Under the pieces are notes generated by a model that saw only the letters and a program-made list of their open reading frames with translations, was not told the origin of the DNA and made no database searches. From contig JAYWEM010000189.1 in NCBI GenBank assembly GCA_043779265.1, forward strand, positions 1 to 15,482: a stretch of 15,482 nt of DNA, written 5' to 3'. This DNA comes from a bacterium. Lineage in GTDB: Bacteria; Eisenbacteria; RBG-16-71-46. Positions 14,534-15,482 of the stretch are shown piece by piece. Position numbers and translations under genes: made by a program. The number at the start of each line of letters is the position of its first letter. Position 1 is the first letter of the stretch.

Positions 14534-15482
14534 CGCGTGGCAACTCCCCGGGTTCCGGCGCGGGCGCGAGCCCTCACTTCCGGGCTCATACTGCGCGAGG
14601 CGATGCGCGCGCGCCAGAGCGCCGCTTGGTCGGCCTGTTCGCTCGGCCAGCGGTCGAGCCCGCGCAGGAGCGTGACCTGGGCCACCGAGTCCTCGGGGAA
14701 ACGCCCGAAGTACTCGAACGCCGAGGAATCCGCCTCCGGCACGCGCCCGAGCCGTTCGAGGATCCCGGTGCGCGTGCGAAGGACATCCCGCTGCACTGAC
14801 GGATCGCGATGGGTCTCGAGTGTCCGAGCCAGTGTGGCCAGCGCTTGATCGCCCTCGATCCTCGCCAACTCCCACTGCCCGGCGTCCAGATGATGCGAAA
14901 CGATGTGCTCGAGTGCGAGGAAGGCGAGCGGATGGGTGGGATGAGCAGCAAGGAGCGCCCGGCGTTCAGCGCGTGCGGTCTCCTCGCGACCGAGCCGATC
15001 CATGGCCTCCGCCCGGAGGTAGCGGGCATCCGGCGACAGCGCGCCGATGTCGTACCAACGATCGACCAGGCGGTCGAGGACCCCCAACGCGCTGTCCGGA
15101 CGACCCAGCGCCAGTTGGCCGCGTGCCGAGGCGAGCATGGCACGTCCACCGATGAGTCGACTCGGAGCCGACTCCGACTCACGAGCGTACGAGACGGCGG
15201 AGTCCGGGAGACCGAGCTCGAGCGCGGCCTCGGCGAGGACGAGGAGCAGCTCGAGCTGTTCATCCCCGCGAGACTCCATCGCAATCGCGTGCCCGTGTTC
15301 CAGCGCACCCGCTCGATCCCCTCTCGCGGCACGCACCTGCCAACGGTAGCGCTCGAGTCCCGCCGCGATTCCTCCGCTGGCGCGCGGCAGCGCCTCGACG
15401 GCACGTGCCTCCGCACGGAGCAGCGCGGATTGCGCCGAGGGCTCATCGCCTGCTGCACGCGCGATGCGCGCGAGCGCGAGCG
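14530..15482 (-). CDS. Tetratricopeptide-repeat (alpha-helical repeat) protein, 5' end outside the window
   Basis: The frame stays open from the right edge (LALARIARAAGDEPSAQSALLRAE...) to the stop at 14530. TPR-like units AMLASARGQLALGRPDSALGVLDRLVDRW, ARYLRAEAMDRLGREETARAERRALLAAHP, ILERLGRVPEADSSAFEYFGRFPED. Translationally coupled to the kinase. Confidence 0.75.
   Translation of the reverse strand, partial: LALARIARAAGDEPSAQSALLRAEARAVEALPRASGGIAAGLERYRWQVRAARGDRAGALEHGHAIAMESRGDEQLELLLVLAEAALELGLPDSAVSYARESESAPSRLIGGRAMLASARGQLALGRPDSALGVLDRLVDRWYDIGALSPDARYLRAEAMDRLGREETARAERRALLAAHPTHPLAFLALEHIVSHHLDAGQWELARIEGDQALATLARTLETHRDPSVQRDVLRTRTGILERLGRVPEADSSAFEYFGRFPEDSVAQVTLLRGLDRWPSEQADQAALWRARIASRSMSPEVRARARAGTRGVATR

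Noticed and set aside
1..15482. CRISPR arrays, tRNA/rRNA, IS elements, DNA tandem repeats
   Set aside because: None were seen. The only sizeable intergenic regions (2086-2432, 3774-4039, 6166-6319) contain no spaced repeats or cloverleaf structures.

Overview
GC-rich bacterial DNA, almost entirely coding, from a diderm cell-envelope and regulatory locus. The gene content (carboxypeptidase-regulatory-domain TonB-dependent receptor, GWxTD protein, T9SS-like C-terminal domain, PrsK/PrsR) suggests an FCB-group-related lineage such as Ca. Eisenbacteria, but this is an inference. Minus strand, right to left: partial TPR protein -> PrsK-like membrane histidine kinase -> PrsR-like sigma54 response regulator -> deoxynucleoside kinase. 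Convergent with it on plus: M6 (InhA-like) metalloprotease with a beta-propeller and a T9SS-type C-terminal domain -> M23 peptidase with an SLH-like tail. Divergent from the M6 gene on minus: GWxTD protein -> SH3/NlpC-P60 peptidase, then an outer-membrane beta-barrel with its own promoter and terminator, then a TonB-dependent receptor running off the left edge (absent from the ORF track). I saw no rRNA, tRNA, CRISPR array or mobile element. The most interesting signals are two long structured leaders in front of the two outer-membrane genes, a shared CTAG(G/T)TTC -10-like element in front of three transcription units, a possible CTG start coupled to the M6 stop codon, and the domain architectures of the two secreted peptidases. 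None of this proves a new system; these are testable hypotheses.
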